DNA of 64,000 bases from Bacillota bacterium (lineage in GTDB: Bacteria > Bacillota > Clostridia > Peptostreptococcales > Acidaminobacteraceae), in assembly GCA_030529225.1 (NCBI GenBank), contig JAUMXH010000005.1, forward strand, positions 38,790 through 102,789, read 5' to 3'. The translations under genes and the position numbers were made by a program. Of this stretch, positions 22,780 through 33,400 are shown in pieces. The notes beneath the pieces were generated by a model. That model was not told where the DNA came from. It made no database searches and worked only from the letters and a program-made list of their open reading frames with translations. The first letter of the stretch is position 1; each line of letters opens with the position of its first letter.

Positions 22780-25401
22780 TTACTTGCTTTCATTCTTGAT
22801 GTGGTACTGCGCCGAAGCAATCTTCGCCACAGGAATTCGGAACGGTGAGCAAGACACGTACTGCAATCCGCATGACAGCAAGAACTGGATGGATTCCGGA
22901 TCCCCGCCATGCTCTCCGCAGACGCCGATCTTGATCTCTTTTCCGGTTGACTTGGCCTTCTCCACCGCCATCTTAACGAGCTGTCCCACACCTTCCTGAT
23001 CGATGCTGACGAACGGGTTCACATCAAAGATCTTCTTATCCAGGTATTCGCCGGTGAAGACGTTGACGTCATCCCTCGAGAATCCCATGGTCATCTGTGT
23101 GAGGTCGTTGGTTCCGAACGAGAAGAAGTCCGCGTTCATCGCAACCTTATCGGCAGTCAGGCAGGCCCTCGGAATCTCAATCATGGTTCCGATCTTGTAC
23201 TCGAAGCTGACGCCCTCTTCCTGCATGATTCTGTCCGCCGTTTCTTTGACGAGCTTTCTGAGGATTTCAAGCTCCTCGTTGAAGGCGATCAACGGAATCA
23301 TGATTTCCACGTTGGTATCGATGCCCTCTTTTTTGAGTCTGCAAGCGGCAGTGATCAACGCCTCGGTCTGCATCTCGTAGATTTCAGGATAGGTGATTGC
23401 CAGTCTGCAGCCCCTGTGTCCGAGCATCGGGTTGAACTCGTGCAATCCGTCGGAAACCGCCAAAATCTTTTCCTTGGTCTTTCCGGTCACCTTCACGAGC
23501 TCCATAATGTCGGCCTCCGTCTTAGGCAGGAACTCATGGAGAGGCGGATCCAGCAATCTGACCGTAATCGGTCTTTCGCCCATGGTTTTGAGGATGCCGT
23601 AGAAGTCGTCCACCTGGAACGGTCTGATCTTCTCGAGTGCGACCTTGCGCTCTTCCAGGTTTTCGGCGAGGATCATTTCTCTGACCGAGATGATTCTCTC
23701 GTTGTCGAAGAACATGTGCTCGGTACGGCAGAGGCCGATTCCGTCCGCACGGAAGCCCAAGGCAACCTTGGCATCGACAGGGGTGTCGGCATTCGCTCTG
23801 ACCATGGTCTTAGAGTACTTGTCACTCCAGTCGAGGAGGACTTCGAGTTCATCCGATGACTTGGTTTCCTGGAATTGAAGCTCTCCGATAAATACGGTTC
23901 CTTCGCTTCCGTCGATTGAGATGTAATCTCCCTCTTTGAGTTCCACGTTGCCCGCCTTGATGATCTTTCTTTCCTCATCCACCAGGATGTCCGAACAGCC
24001 CGCTACGCAAGTCTTACCCATCGATCTGGCAACGACCGCAGCGTGAGAGGTCATACCGCCGCGAGAAGTCAGGATGCCGTTCGCATTCAGCATACCCGCC
24101 AAGTCCTCCGGAGAGGTCTCTTTTCTAACCAGGATGCACTCCTCGCCTCGGTTGCTCGCGTCGACAACCTCTTGGGCGGTGAAGTAAATCTTACCCTTGG
24201 CAGCTCCCGGAGAAGCACCGAGGCCCTTTGCCAAGACCGTTCCGTTCTTCTTTGACTCTTCCGAGAAATCCGGGTGCAGGAGCGTTGAAACCGAGTTGGC
24301 AGGGATTCTCAAAAGCGCTTCCTTCTCGTCGATCAAACCTTCCTTCACGAGGTCCATCGCAATCTTGATGGCAGCCTTTGCAGTACGCTTTCCGCTTCGC
24401 GTTTGAAGCAGGTACACCTTGCCTCTCTCGATGGTAAACTCGATGTCCTGGACATCCCTGTAGTGGTGTTCCAATGATTTTGCCAAGTTGTAAATTTCTT
24501 CGTGGAGTTCCGGATGCTCGTCCTTCAAGTTGGCGATCGGCTCAGGAGTTCTGATTCCGGCTACCACGTCCTCGCCCTGCGCGTTGAAGAGGAACTCTCC
24601 AAAGAGCTCGTCCTTTCCGGTAGAAGGGTTTCTGGTGAAGAGCACGCCTGTTCCGCTGGTTCCGTCGTAGTTCCCGAAGACCATTCTCTGCACGTTTACG
24701 CCGGTTCCCAAATCGTCAGGAATCCCGTTGATTCTTCTGTAAAGGATCGCCCTCTCGTTTTTCCAAGATCGGAACACCGCTTCAATCGCTTTTAGGAGCT
24801 GGCTTCTCGCATCGGTCGGGAAGTCCTCGCCGGTATTCATTTTTACGATTTCCAGGAACTCTTTAATGACCTCGAGCATCTTTTCTTTTTCCAGCTCTTT
24901 AAAGGTTCCCACACCCATCTCTTCCTGGCAGCTTTCCAAGACTTTGTCAAATTTACTCTTAGGAATTTCCAAAACGACATCACTGTACATCTGAATGAAT
25001 CTTCTGTAGTTGTCATAGGCAAAGGCATAATTGCCGGTCTTTTGTGCAATCGTCTCCGCCACTTCCCTGTTGATTCCGAGGTTGAGTACCGTGTCCATCA
25101 TGCCCGGCATAGAAACGGCCGCGCCGGAACGAACAGAGACCAACAAAGGATTTTCGGGATCGGAAAACTTTTGACCCGATTTTTCTTCCAATCTCTTCAC
25201 AGCCTCGTCGATTTGTTTTACTACATCTTCCGGCAGGCAGTCATTGTTTTCAAAATACTTGAAGTTGACCGCCGTGCTGACTGTGAATCCTTGGGGAACA
25301 GGCAATCCGATAGAAGACATTTCTGCCAAGTTGGCTCCCTTGCCTCCCAGAATCTGTTTCATGTCCTTAGATCCGTTTTCAAAATCGTAAACCCACTGCA
25401 T
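22780..25401 (-). CDS. ppdK: pyruvate, phosphate dikinase
   Basis: 873 aa with the PEP-utilising phospho-histidine motif GGMTSHAAVVAR and a conserved C-terminal PEP-binding domain. Confidence 0.9.
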   Translation of the reverse strand: MQWVYDFENGSKDMKQILGGKGANLAEMSSIGLPVPQGFTVSTAVNFKYFENNDCLPEDVVKQIDEAVKRLEEKSGQKFSDPENPLLVSVRSGAAVSMPGMMDTVLNLGINREVAETIAQKTGNYAFAYDNYRRFIQMYSDVVLEIPKSKFDKVLESCQEEMGVGTFKELEKEKMLEVIKEFLEIVKMNTGEDFPTDARSQLLKAIEAVFRSWKNERAILYRRINGIPDDLGTGVNVQRMVFGNYDGTSGTGVLFTRNPSTGKDELFGEFLFNAQGEDVVAGIRTPEPIANLKDEHPELHEEIYNLAKSLEHHYRDVQDIEFTIERGKVYLLQTRSGKRTAKAAIKIAMDLVKEGLIDEKEALLRIPANSVSTLLHPDFSEESKKNGTVLAKGLGASPGAAKGKIYFTAQEVVDASNRGEECILVRKETSPEDLAGMLNANGILTSRGGMTSHAAVVARSMGKTCVAGCSDILVDEERKIIKAGNVELKEGDYISIDGSEGTVFIGELQFQETKSSDELEVLLDWSDKYSKTMVRANADTPVDAKVALGFRADGIGLCRTEHMFFDNERIISVREMILAENLEERKVALEKIRPFQVDDFYGILKTMGERPITVRLLDPPLHEFLPKTEADIMELVKVTGKTKEKILAVSDGLHEFNPMLGHRGCRLAITYPEIYEMQTEALITAACRLKKEGIDTNVEIMIPLIAFNEELEILRKLVKETADRIMQEEGVSFEYKIGTMIEIPRACLTADKVAMNADFFSFGTNDLTQMTMGFSRDDVNVFTGEYLDKKIFDVNPFVSIDQEGVGQLVKMAVEKAKSTGKEIKIGVCGEHGGDPESIQFLLSCGLQYVSCSPFRIPVAKIASAQYHIKNESK

Positions 25402-25475
25402 TATTTACCTCCTAATAATAAACATGCCAATGTACTGAAAAACTTACAACTAACAACGCATATATAAACAAAGAT

Positions 25476-25619
25476 TTAGATATCTCTATTTACCAAAATC
25501 CGTAGCAACCTGAGCATTTCCCGGGTATGCTTTAAAATTTGATTCAGCACGTACTGAATCGACACCAGGATGGTGAGAAAGATAAAGAGTATTACCAAGA
25601 TCCAATACTGATCAAACAT
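25476..25619 (-). CDS. candidate small single-pass membrane protein (47 aa)
   Basis: ATG at 25619 with GAGGT 7 nt upstream; it translates to MFDQYWILVILFIFLTILVSIQYVLNQILKHTREMLRLLRILVNRDI. It lies 16 nt downstream of the deacetylase stop and is absent from the ORF track because it is shorter than 60 aa. Confidence 0.3.
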   Translation of the reverse strand: MFDQYWILVILFIFLTILVSIQYVLNQILKHTREMLRLLRILVNRDI

Positions 25620-25635
25620 GCTCCAACCTCTGTGC

Positions 25636-26661
25636 TTACTCTTCCACAATTTTTAGAGTTTCATCGTCGTAAACCGCGGGCTTCATTCCCCTGCTCGCAA
25701 ACTTGGAATCAAAGTGCTCCTTTTGACTCAGCGGGAAGGTGATCACCCCCGGCATGCCGTCCGATATAAAGCGCGTTTTAGGGACCGCCTCAAAATTGTC
25801 GAGCCAAAAGTAGAGCTCCACCTCGTCCTCTCCGCAGGTCACGCGATTGATGTTGTGCACATCAAAGTCCTTGTCAAAGATGCTGGGCACCGGATTCCAT
25901 CCCACGTTGACCGAGGAAATCATCTTGTAGTCGCCGAGCCAATCTCCCTTCACCAGGTCCCCATAGTTGAGCGGTTTCTGACCGAACGGCAGGGCAAAGT
26001 GAAAGGCCTTCGAACCGGTGAACGGCTCGAGCCGCTTGGCCTGGCCCACAATTTCCTCTTTTGCCTCCTCGACCGTGATTTCGTTCAGGTGCAGGTGGTT
26101 GCTGGTGTGGTTCGCAATTTCATAGCCGTTTGATAAGAGATAGTCGATCTTTTTTTTATCGTACTCCGCATCGCCGAAGGCCGCAGGCCCGTTCAGATAG
26201 AAGGTCGCCTTGGGAACAAAGTCGGGATGCTGCTTTGCCACTTTTTCCATGATGCCGACCACGCACTTTTCCGTCGGTTTGCCGTTCGCGTCCAACTGAA
26301 TATCCGTAGGGTGCCCGTCATCAAAGGTCAGGACGATCGGTGTCTTGCCGGCCGGAACATCAAAGCTTCCGTCGATCCACTCGCCCATCGTGATTGGAAC
26401 GTAGCCCTCCTTATGCAGGCGCAGCAAGTCCTTTTCAAAGTTGGCGTAAGACCTCGCATAATATCCTTCCTCTTCCTCGCTCTCGACCAAATTATGGTAC
26501 ATTACGACCATAATCTCTCCGAGTTCGTTCGGTTGATGCGCTTGAATCACCTGCTCGATTTGAGCCGGCATCACCCCGCCGTGCAATCCCGCACTCGCCA
26601 CGCCGAACAAAGCGAAACTCACTATAAAGGAAATGAAATAATGAAACATCCTTGCTCCCAC
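25636..26661 (-). CDS. polysaccharide deacetylase (NodB homology domain)
   Basis: N-terminal signal/TM segment and a TFDDG motif. Confidence 0.7.
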   Translation of the reverse strand: MGARMFHYFISFIVSFALFGVASAGLHGGVMPAQIEQVIQAHQPNELGEIMVVMYHNLVESEEEEGYYARSYANFEKDLLRLHKEGYVPITMGEWIDGSFDVPAGKTPIVLTFDDGHPTDIQLDANGKPTEKCVVGIMEKVAKQHPDFVPKATFYLNGPAAFGDAEYDKKKIDYLLSNGYEIANHTSNHLHLNEITVEEAKEEIVGQAKRLEPFTGSKAFHFALPFGQKPLNYGDLVKGDWLGDYKMISSVNVGWNPVPSIFDKDFDVHNINRVTCGEDEVELYFWLDNFEAVPKTRFISDGMPGVITFPLSQKEHFDSKFASRGMKPAVYDDETLKIVEE

Positions 26662-26850
26662 CCTTTCTCCGTCAAAAAATTTACAGCAAAAAAATTGCTA
26701 TTCGCTTAGCAAAACGATACACGACCATTATAGAACAAAAGAAGCCCAATTAAAAGCAAATTTTTTGTTGCTTCTTCACAAAAAATTCGATAAGCTGGGA
26801 CTGTAAGAATCGTCATTCTATCAGAAAACGCGGAGCGGGAAGGTGCAGAT

Positions 26851-28377
26851 ATGTTATGTTTAACAAAGGAAGAGATGAAGACGCTCGATCGTTGTGCTAT
26901 CGAGGAATTTCACATTCCGTCACTGATTTTGATGGAGTACGCCGCAAGAAGCGCGTACGAGTTTATCGCCCGCCGTTTTCCGATAACGAGCAGGATTATG
27001 ATCGTTTCGGGAAGCGGCAACAACGGAGCGGACGGGCTCTGCCTGGCCAGGCAACTCAAACATGGAGGCTATCAGCCGCTCGTCTTTCTCCTCGCAGGTC
27101 CGGACAAGCTGAGCGAAGAAGGAAAACTTCACTACGCTTCGCTTCTTTCCCTGGGGATGGAGGTGTTCCGCGCGGATGCTTTGAGCGAAGAAGAGCTAAG
27201 GGCACTCTTTCAGGAGAGGGCGGAAGCCTGCGACCTGATTGTGGACGCAATCTTCGGCATTTCTCTGAATCGCCCGGTGGGCGGTATCTACAGAAGTATC
27301 ATCGAAGGGATGAACCGTTCAGGGGCAAGGCTGCTCTCGCTCGACCTGCCTTCGGGCATCGACGCCGACAGCGGGAAGGAACTCGGCATCTCCGTGAAGG
27401 CGGACTACACCGTCAGCTTCGCCCATCCCAAGCGCGGACTCTATCTGAACGAGGGCGCAAGGCGGAGAGGAGAGCTGCAGATCGCCGACATCGGCATCCC
27501 GAAAGAGGCGGAAACGCGACTGGCTTCGCCTCTTAAAGTCCTGGATGAGACCTGCTTTGCCGAGCTCCCCCCGAGGGATCCGGAGGGACACAAGGGAAGC
27601 TTCGGAAAGGTGCTGATCATCGCGGGGTCTTACAACATGGCCGGTGCGGCGGCTCTGAGCGCCAAGGCCTGCTACCGTGCCGGAGCCGGCTTGGTCTACG
27701 TCCTGAGTCACAGAGAAAACAGAGTCCCGATTTTGGCGCAGGTCCCCGAGGCCATCGTCCATTCCTATGATGAGCAAAGCGGGGAAGCGGATCTGAAAGC
27801 ACAGGTGCGGGAACTCGCCGAGAATGCCGACTGCGTCTTGATCGGTTGCGGCCTCTCCAAGGGCGTTCAAGCCGAAGCGCTCCTGCACACTTGTATAGAG
27901 CTGGAAAAGCCTCTCCTCCTGGATGCGGATGCGCTGAACCTCCTTGCGGAACGCCGAGCGCTCTTCCAAACACTCAAGACCAGGACACAAAGCACCGTGC
28001 TGACCCCTCACCTTGGAGAAATGGCGCGACTCTGCTCCCTCGAGATCGGCAAAATCAAAGAGGACCCGATTGGCATCGCAAGGGAGTTTACAGAGGCGAA
28101 CGGGTGCATCCTGTGTCTGAAAAGTGCAAATACCGTTGTCTGTTTCGAGTCCGGCGGGACCTACCTGAACCTTGGCGGAAACAGCGGGATGGCGACTGCC
28201 GGAAGCGGGGACGTCCTCGCCGGCATATTAAGCGCCAAGCTTGCCATCAGCAATGCGCAGGATTTGGAAGCTCGACTCCTGTCCGCGATCTTCCTCCACA
28301 GCAGGGCCGGAGAGCTCGCAAAAGAGAGCGGCGGAGAAGAGAGGCTGATCGCGAGCGACCTCATAGAACATTTGTAA
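26851..28377 (+). CDS. nnr: bifunctional NAD(P)H-hydrate repair enzyme (epimerase/dehydratase)
   Basis: YjeF-N domain (VSGSGNNGADGL), then a carbohydrate-kinase-like C-terminal domain (GSGDVLAGIL). Confidence 0.85.
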   Translation: MLCLTKEEMKTLDRCAIEEFHIPSLILMEYAARSAYEFIARRFPITSRIMIVSGSGNNGADGLCLARQLKHGGYQPLVFLLAGPDKLSEEGKLHYASLLSLGMEVFRADALSEEELRALFQERAEACDLIVDAIFGISLNRPVGGIYRSIIEGMNRSGARLLSLDLPSGIDADSGKELGISVKADYTVSFAHPKRGLYLNEGARRRGELQIADIGIPKEAETRLASPLKVLDETCFAELPPRDPEGHKGSFGKVLIIAGSYNMAGAAALSAKACYRAGAGLVYVLSHRENRVPILAQVPEAIVHSYDEQSGEADLKAQVRELAENADCVLIGCGLSKGVQAEALLHTCIELEKPLLLDADALNLLAERRALFQTLKTRTQSTVLTPHLGEMARLCSLEIGKIKEDPIGIAREFTEANGCILCLKSANTVVCFESGGTYLNLGGNSGMATAGSGDVLAGILSAKLAISNAQDLEARLLSAIFLHSRAGELAKESGGEERLIASDLIEHL

Positions 28378-28548
28378 GCTGCCCAAACGGCCCCTGCAAG
28401 CGCTTGGAGAAGAAGATGATGAGAACGGAGCCTCGGGTCGAAAAAACGCAAAGGCCGAACAAAATAGAGAAAAGCGGCCTCATCGCATAGGAACGAAATC
28501 ATGCGGAACAAAATCATAATGTAATACAAACAGAAAGAAGGAATCCAT

Positions 28549-30249
28549 ATGCAAACATTCAAAGAATACCGCTACGAACGACCGAACAAAGAAGAAGTCC
28601 AATCGGAGATTGCGCGCTTGGTAGACGCCTTTGAGCGCGCCGGTTCAGCCGAGGAACAAGCCGAGCTGATCCAAGCTTACAACAAGGTAATCGACCGGGT
28701 CACCTTCCTCTCCGCCCTCGCGGAAATCAGGCATGACTGCAACACCCTCGATCCCTTCTACGAAGAAGAAAAGCGCTTTTGGGATACCATCCATCCGGAA
28801 CTCTCGGTTTCCTACAACAAGTATGCCGACGCCCTCCTCTCTTCGCCGTATAAAAAGGAGCTCACCGAGCGCTTCGGCGCCGCCCTCTTCACCAAATACG
28901 AGCTTCAGAAAAAATGCTTTGATGAGACGATTGCCGAAGACATGGTGACGGAGAACAAATTGGTCAGCGAGTACCACAAGCTGGTCGCCGTCGGCAAGGT
29001 CGAGTTCCGAGGAGAGAGCCTCACCCTGAACGATCTCACCCCCTTCCGCGAAAGCGTAGACAGAGAGCTCAGACGCGAGGCCAACGAGGCCTACTTCGGC
29101 TACTTTGCAAGCAAGGCGGAGGACTTCGACAGGATCTACGATCAGCTCGTGGCAATCAGGCACAAGATGGCAAAAAAGCTGGGCTACGAGAACTTTGTAC
29201 AGATGGCCTACGACAGGATGGGACGGAGCGACTACGGCCCGGCGGAAGTCGCCGCTTTCCGCGATCAGATTCACCGCTTTGCGGTTCCGCTCGCGACTGC
29301 GCTCAGAGAAAAACAGCGGGCACGGCTCGGAATCGACAAGATGCACTACTACGACTACGCGCTGCACTTTGCTACCGGAAACGCGAGCCCGAAGGGAGAT
29401 CCCGACTGGATCATGGCGAGGGGCAAAGAGATGTACGAGGCGCTCGGAGGGGAGCTCAAGGACTTCTTCGCCTTTATGCAGGGAAGCGAGCTCTTTGATG
29501 TGCTGAGCCGCGAAGGCAAGAAGGCGGGCGGCTACTGCAGCTACCTCCCGACCCACAAGGCTCCCTTCATTTTTGCAAACTTTAACGGAACCGCCGGCGA
29601 TGTGGACGTCCTGACCCACGAGGCCGGCCACGCCTTCCAGGTCTACAAAACCGCTAGAACGCAAGTCCTTTCCGAGTACCTCTGGCCTACCATGGACGCG
29701 GCGGAAATTCACTCTATGAGCATGGAATTTCTGTGTTGGCCGTGGATGGAACTCTTCTTCCGGGAGGATGCCGAAAAATATCGCTACGGCCACCTAAGTT
29801 CCGCCGTGGAGTTCCTGCCTTACAGCGCCTTAATTGACGAATTTCAGCACGAGGTCTACGCCAATCCGGAGCTGAGCCCGGAGGAGAGAAGACAGTGCTT
29901 CCGAAGCATCGAAAAAAAATACCTGCCTCACAACGACTACGGCGAGAATTCCTTTTTGGAGAGCGGCGGCTTTTTCTTTAAACAGCTGCACATTTTCAGC
30001 GTACCCTTCTACTACATCGATTACAGCTTGGCACAGCTCTGCGCCCTTCAGTTTTGGAAGAAATCGAGGGAGGACAGGGAGAGAACGATGCAAGTGTATT
30101 CCCGCCTCTGTGAGGCCGGCGGCTCCAAGACTTTTTTAGAGCTCCTAAGCCTTGGCGAGCTTCAAAATTCCTTCTCGGACAGCGTGATGGAAGCGACCTT
30201 AAAGCCCGTTGCCGACTACTTGAACAGCGCGGACGAGAGCCGGTTCTAG
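28549..30249 (+). CDS. M3-family oligoendopeptidase (PepF-like)
   Basis: HEAGHAFQ zinc-binding HExxH motif in a 566-aa cytoplasmic protein. Confidence 0.8.
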   Translation: MQTFKEYRYERPNKEEVQSEIARLVDAFERAGSAEEQAELIQAYNKVIDRVTFLSALAEIRHDCNTLDPFYEEEKRFWDTIHPELSVSYNKYADALLSSPYKKELTERFGAALFTKYELQKKCFDETIAEDMVTENKLVSEYHKLVAVGKVEFRGESLTLNDLTPFRESVDRELRREANEAYFGYFASKAEDFDRIYDQLVAIRHKMAKKLGYENFVQMAYDRMGRSDYGPAEVAAFRDQIHRFAVPLATALREKQRARLGIDKMHYYDYALHFATGNASPKGDPDWIMARGKEMYEALGGELKDFFAFMQGSELFDVLSREGKKAGGYCSYLPTHKAPFIFANFNGTAGDVDVLTHEAGHAFQVYKTARTQVLSEYLWPTMDAAEIHSMSMEFLCWPWMELFFREDAEKYRYGHLSSAVEFLPYSALIDEFQHEVYANPELSPEERRQCFRSIEKKYLPHNDYGENSFLESGGFFFKQLHIFSVPFYYIDYSLAQLCALQFWKKSREDRERTMQVYSRLCEAGGSKTFLELLSLGELQNSFSDSVMEATLKPVADYLNSADESRF

Positions 30250-30391
30250 GCAAGGCGAGCACTGTTCGGGACTTTGCAGATTTGCTTTCCTGAACTGTTG
30301 CAATTTCTTAATATATTAAGAAAGATTATCAATAAAATCACAAATTCACCTACTCTTTCTTAGGTACTTTGTATTATAATAGGTTATCCTT

Positions 30392-30434
30392 TTGCACTTG
30401 GGCGAAAGGATAACTTTTTTGAAGCATCGAAGGA
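30392..30434 (+). promoter_or_regulatory. leader hairpin with a U-tract, immediately downstream of a -10-like tattataat
   Basis: A 10-bp perfect inverted repeat (gttatccttt at 30392–30401 and aaaggataac at 30418–30427) followed by tttttt. Sits about 70 nt upstream of the surface-protein gene; it is either its attenuator or the pepF terminator. Confidence 0.35.
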
Positions 30435-30499
30435 TTCCATAAAAAAGAGAAAGAAAGATGGAACAGCAAGCATGCTTACTAATTTAGAAGGAGGAGAAC

Positions 30500-33400
30500 G
30501 TGAAAAGAATCTTTAAGAAGAGTTTGTCTCTGGCACTGAGCTTGGCCTTACTATTTTCGGTAGCGCCGATTTCTTTTGCGGAGAACACAGCGGAAGCACC
30601 GGGCGGAACGGAGCTCGCGAGTGAGAGCGAGCAGGCCGCGGAGACCGATCAAGCGGCCGAAAGCGAAGCGGACACAGATTCCGAGCAGGTGACGGAATCG
30701 GAGCAAAGCACGGAGCCGAAGCAGGGCGAGGCAAGCGCTGAAGAGAAGAGCGAAAGCGACGCCGAAGCGAGCAAAGAGGCATCCCCTGAAGCGAGCGAAA
30801 AAGCGGCGGAAGAAAGCGCTCCCGAAGCCTTACAGGAGGGAGAATCGGAGCTTGGGGCAGAATTTGACAACGAGATCGGCACGGTGGAATATCCCGAGCC
30901 GCAAGCTTTCTACGGCACACTTTCTACAAGCAAGGGCGGGATGCAACCGGGAGAATTGTCGATCAGCAAGACGGCAACCCCAAGCAAAGACGAAGGAGTA
31001 TGGGATATAGAGCTCAGCCTTACCGGAAAAGATGTGATACAATCTACGGACATCGTTCTGGTAATAGACAGTTCCGGAAGCATGCACTCACAAAATCGAA
31101 TGGAAAATGCAAAAAAAGCCGCAAAAAATTTCATTCAAAAAGAACTCACAGAGAAGGCAAAATCTTATACCAGAATTGCCGTTGTTTCCTTCTCCGACAA
31201 TGCAAGAATAGAACAAAATTTAACGAACGATGCCGACCTGCTCAACCAAGCCGTTGAAAAATTGAGTGCCTCGGGCGGCACCCACACGCAGGCGGGGCTC
31301 TACCAGGCGGAACTGATTCTGAAAGACTCTCCGGGAAATAAAGTCATCATTCTTCTCTCGGATGGAGAACCCACTTACGGCTACGATGTAAAAGACGGAT
31401 ACAAGGAATATACCCAAAAATACATCCTCGGGGCTTGGGAGACGACCGTTAATCTTCCGTGCGACCTCATCAATTTTGACTTCAGCATCGGCAACGGCGC
31501 GAGCATTCGCGAATGGAAAGAAGGTTACTTTCCAAGATATTATGTGAATCATGGAAATGTCGCGATTGTTTTGGCAAATCATCTCAGAGAAAAAGGACAT
31601 CAGATTTACGCTGTCGGTCTTTCATTGAATCAAAATGCAAAAGAGGTGATGAAGGGCATCGGAAAAGAAAAATACTATGATGCCGAAAGCGATTCTTTAA
31701 ACCAAGTCTACGACGAAATCGCCGGAAAAATCAATTACGCCGCCGGCAATGCAGTCGTGAAAGATCCGATGGGCTCCATGTTCAACATCGTGGACAGCGG
31801 TTCGATTCAAATAACGGACAAGAACGGAAAGCCTCTCCCCGGAACAAAGATCTCTTGGGAGAGTTCCGACACGCAACACCCAAACGGTCATTACACCGCG
31901 GAAATCGGAAGCATCAGCGAGAAACTTTCACCCATCAAAATCAAATACCAAGTAAAGATTAAAGCGGGAGTCGTCCCGGGCGAGCTGTATGAAACCAACG
32001 GAGAGACCACCGTGACCTATACCGATTCCGATGGAAAAGTGGGTCGGGTGAAGAAGTTCGATGTTCCAAAAGCGGGATTAAAAGCTGCATCAATCAAGGT
32101 TTACGCTCTCTTTGTGGACAAAGATGACAAGTTGTTAAAATCTTCGGAAGCCGACTTCGGAACAGCAGCCCTCGATAAACAAGATAATCCGCTCTCTGTC
32201 GACTTCTTGAAAGACGAAGATACCAACAGTATTTCTCTGAAGATTGACAAAGCGTACACCGTCACTGCGGAACCCTACATTACCAAAATGGTAGGAAGTT
32301 CAAAGAAAACCTTTGTTTTGGACAATCAAATAAAGAAAGTGAGTGGAACAGCAGCAAATAGTGAGATTGAGACAAGCAAATCTCCTTATACCGCTACCTT
32401 CACAAAAGCCGGCAGCAAAGAGATTTATTTTGTGTACAAATTACAAGAAAAAGCGAATTACAAAGTAAGGCATGTCCTACAGCTCGCTGACGGAAGCTAC
32501 GATTTTGCAAGCGCAGTGACCGAAACAATCGAAGGGTCAATTGGAACGCTTACACAGGCAAAAGCGAAAACCGGACGCGACGGGGCTATCGATTATGATT
32601 ATTTCACGCCGCTAGCTGTCAAACAAAAGAGCATTGAAGCGGACGGCTCTACCGAAATCGAAATTCGTTATGACAGAAACTATGTGACGCTAAAAGCAAA
32701 CAGTGATATAAAAAAATATGACGGCACAAAGCAAACAGTGGAAGGGTTTTCCGCTGATGTAGTCGGAGAAGAATTTGAGGACATTACTGCAAGCGGAAGC
32801 GGTACGGATGCCGGCGAATACACTGCCACATTCCAAGAGGAAAAAGAAAAGCTCGAAGCGAAATCAGGCAGGAAGTACTTTGCCAAGTATGAGACCGGAA
32901 AGCTGATCATCGAAAAGGCTGACGGCCTGAAGGATGCCTTCAAGCTTGAAATAAACGGATATACCGGCGTTTATGACGGAGCAACACATGAACCGGACAT
33001 AAAGGGAGATTTGAGCGAGCTTACCGTCACCCACAGCGTGGCAAAGGCAAACGATTGGAAGGCCGGACTTCCAAGCATCAAAGATGTTTCGGAACAGACC
33101 TATGACATCAAGTTTGAACACAAGAATTATTTGGATTTTGTCGCGGAAGAAGTCCTCTTAAAGGTGACTCCTAAAAAAGCGAGCATCACCGCCGGAAGCA
33201 AGAGCAAGGTCTATGACGGGATCGCCCTCACCGACAACAGCTTCACCACAGCCGACTTTGTAACGGGAGAAGGCGTCGCCTCGGCAGTGATCAAGGGCAG
33301 CATCATCGATGCGGGCAGCGTCGCAAACGTCGTAGAGTCGTATGAATTGGCAGTCGGTACCTTGGCTACAAACTATGAGATTGAGCTTATAAACGGAACC

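Noticed and set aside
28645-29793. 382-aa minus-strand ORF
   Set aside because: Antisense to the M3 peptidase gene, which carries the HEAGH motif; G/R/V-rich composition is typical of a shadow ORF.
30590-30880. Apparent nucleotide-level repeat (gaagc/gagcg periodicity)
   Set aside because: It is the coding sequence of the E/S/A-rich acidic low-complexity region of the surface protein, not an independent DNA repeat element.
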